Shown: piece after piece, positions 34,595 through 35,255 of the stretch
Position numbering within the stretch: the first letter of the stretch is position 1
How the letters are laid out: each line of letters starts with the position of its first letter
DNA from: Nitrospinota bacterium
GTDB taxonomy: Bacteria; Nitrospinota; Nitrospinia; Nitrospinales; Nitrospinaceae
DNA length: 35,255 nucleotides
NCBI GenBank assembly: GCA_027298165.1
Contig: JAPUGN010000002.1
Span: 1-35,255 of the forward strand
Direction of reading: 5' to 3'
Translations under genes and position numbers: made by a program
Notes under the pieces: generated by a model
The model's database searches: none
What the model saw: only the letters and a program-made list of their open reading frames with translations
Told to the model about the DNA's origin: nothing

Positions 34595-35255
34595 TCAGTT
34601 CAGTTTGATTCTCGGGTCCGCCACCGCGTACAGGATGTCCGACAGAAAGGTGCCGATCAGGGTCAGAATCGCGGTGATGAAATTCAAAGTGAGTATGACG
34701 GGAAAATCCCGGTTGAGAATGGCCTCGTATCCCAGCCGCCCCAGTCCCTGCCAGGAGAAAATGGTTTCAATGATGACGGAACCGCCGATCAGGCCGGGAA
34801 TCAACAACCCGAACATGGTGATGAACGGCAACAGCGCGTTGCGCAGGCCGTGTTTGTAGATGACCACTTCCTCCGATAAACCCTTGGCGCGGGCGGTGCG
34901 GATGTAATCCATGTGGATCACCTCCAGCATCTGCGACCGGACGTAGCGGGACAACACGGCGATACTCCCGGACGCAAAAATCAGCGCGGGGATCGTGAGG
35001 TGCCAGATGCGGTCCATCGACTGCATCCACAGGCTTGCGCCCTCCAGGCCGAAGGTACGCATGCCGATCACCGGGATGTCGAACACCTTCACCACGGTAA
35101 TGATGCAAATGTACGCCAGGAAAAATCCCGGAAATGAAATGAGGGTGTAGGACAGCAGGGTTCCCCCTTTGTCCAGCATCGAGCCGCGTTTGACCGCCGC
35201 CTGCACGCCGAATGGAAACGCGACGCACCAGGTGATGAGGGTGGTGACCAGAAAC
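34595..35255 (-). CDS. ABC transporter permease, OppB/DppB-like, 5'-truncated at window edge
   Basis: The frame stays open from 35206 to the window end (upstream residues ...FLVTTLITWCVAFPFGVQAAVKRGS). It has an EAA loop (DYIRTARAKGLSEEVVIYKHGLRNALLP). The stop lies 7 nt before the OppC-like start. Confidence 0.85.
   Translation of the reverse strand, partial: FLVTTLITWCVAFPFGVQAAVKRGSMLDKGGTLLSYTLISFPGFFLAYICIITVVKVFDIPVIGMRTFGLEGASLWMQSMDRIWHLTIPALIFASGSIAVLSRYVRSQMLEVIHMDYIRTARAKGLSEEVVIYKHGLRNALLPFITMFGLLIPGLIGGSVIIETIFSWQGLGRLGYEAILNRDFPVILTLNFITAILTLIGTFLSDILYAVADPRIKLN

Noticed and set aside
1-35255. Whole-window scan for defence, mobile or island hallmarks: integrases, transposases, phage genes, TA pairs, tRNA insertion sites, long inverted or direct repeats, and abrupt compositional shifts
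   Set aside because: None were seen. Every large ORF is either a recognisable housekeeping or envelope gene or one of the few unknowns listed in the findings. AT-richer stretches coincide with promoter regions or low-complexity coding segments rather than with foreign DNA.

Overview
This 35.3-kb, moderately GC-rich bacterial window reads mostly as core chromosome of a diderm (Gram-negative-type) organism. I call 27 protein-coding genes in ten alternating strand blocks. I found no rRNA or tRNA genes, no CRISPR array, and no transposase, integrase, phage or toxin-antitoxin genes. Gene content in order: a 5'-truncated MMPL/RND transporter; a bifunctional aldolase/SDR; the purS-purQ-purL-purF operon; a minus-strand string of lipoprotein, HAD phosphatase, mpl, a radical-SAM-like protein, a radical SAM enzyme and a thioredoxin-fold protein; an MBL-fold lipoprotein; an operon of a ThDP (acetolactate-synthase-like) enzyme, an aldehyde dehydrogenase and a DUF5069-like protein; a PfkB kinase; PBP4 (dacB); valS, pepF and a basic low-complexity protein; a REC-domain response regulator divergent from a membrane PHP-like/SH3b protein; and Opp/Dpp-type permeases followed by an ABC-F ATPase and a methyltransferase. 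Non-coding structure seen directly: an 81-nt direct duplication that captures the 3' end of the aldolase/SDR gene; a 28-nt GC-rich palindromic element in inverted copies on both sides of that gene; two orphan terminator-like hairpins in divergent intergenic regions; and a consensus-like promoter placed to give a leaderless dacB mRNA. I see no self-evident novel system and no defence-island hallmarks. The best candidate for undescribed biology is the mpl-coupled string: a decayed radical-SAM-like protein, a Cys-rich radical SAM enzyme and a thioredoxin-fold protein. The ThDP-enzyme/ALDH/DUF5069 operon and the REC / PHP-SH3b divergent pair come next. All functional calls rest on motif recognition and family memory; no searches were run.
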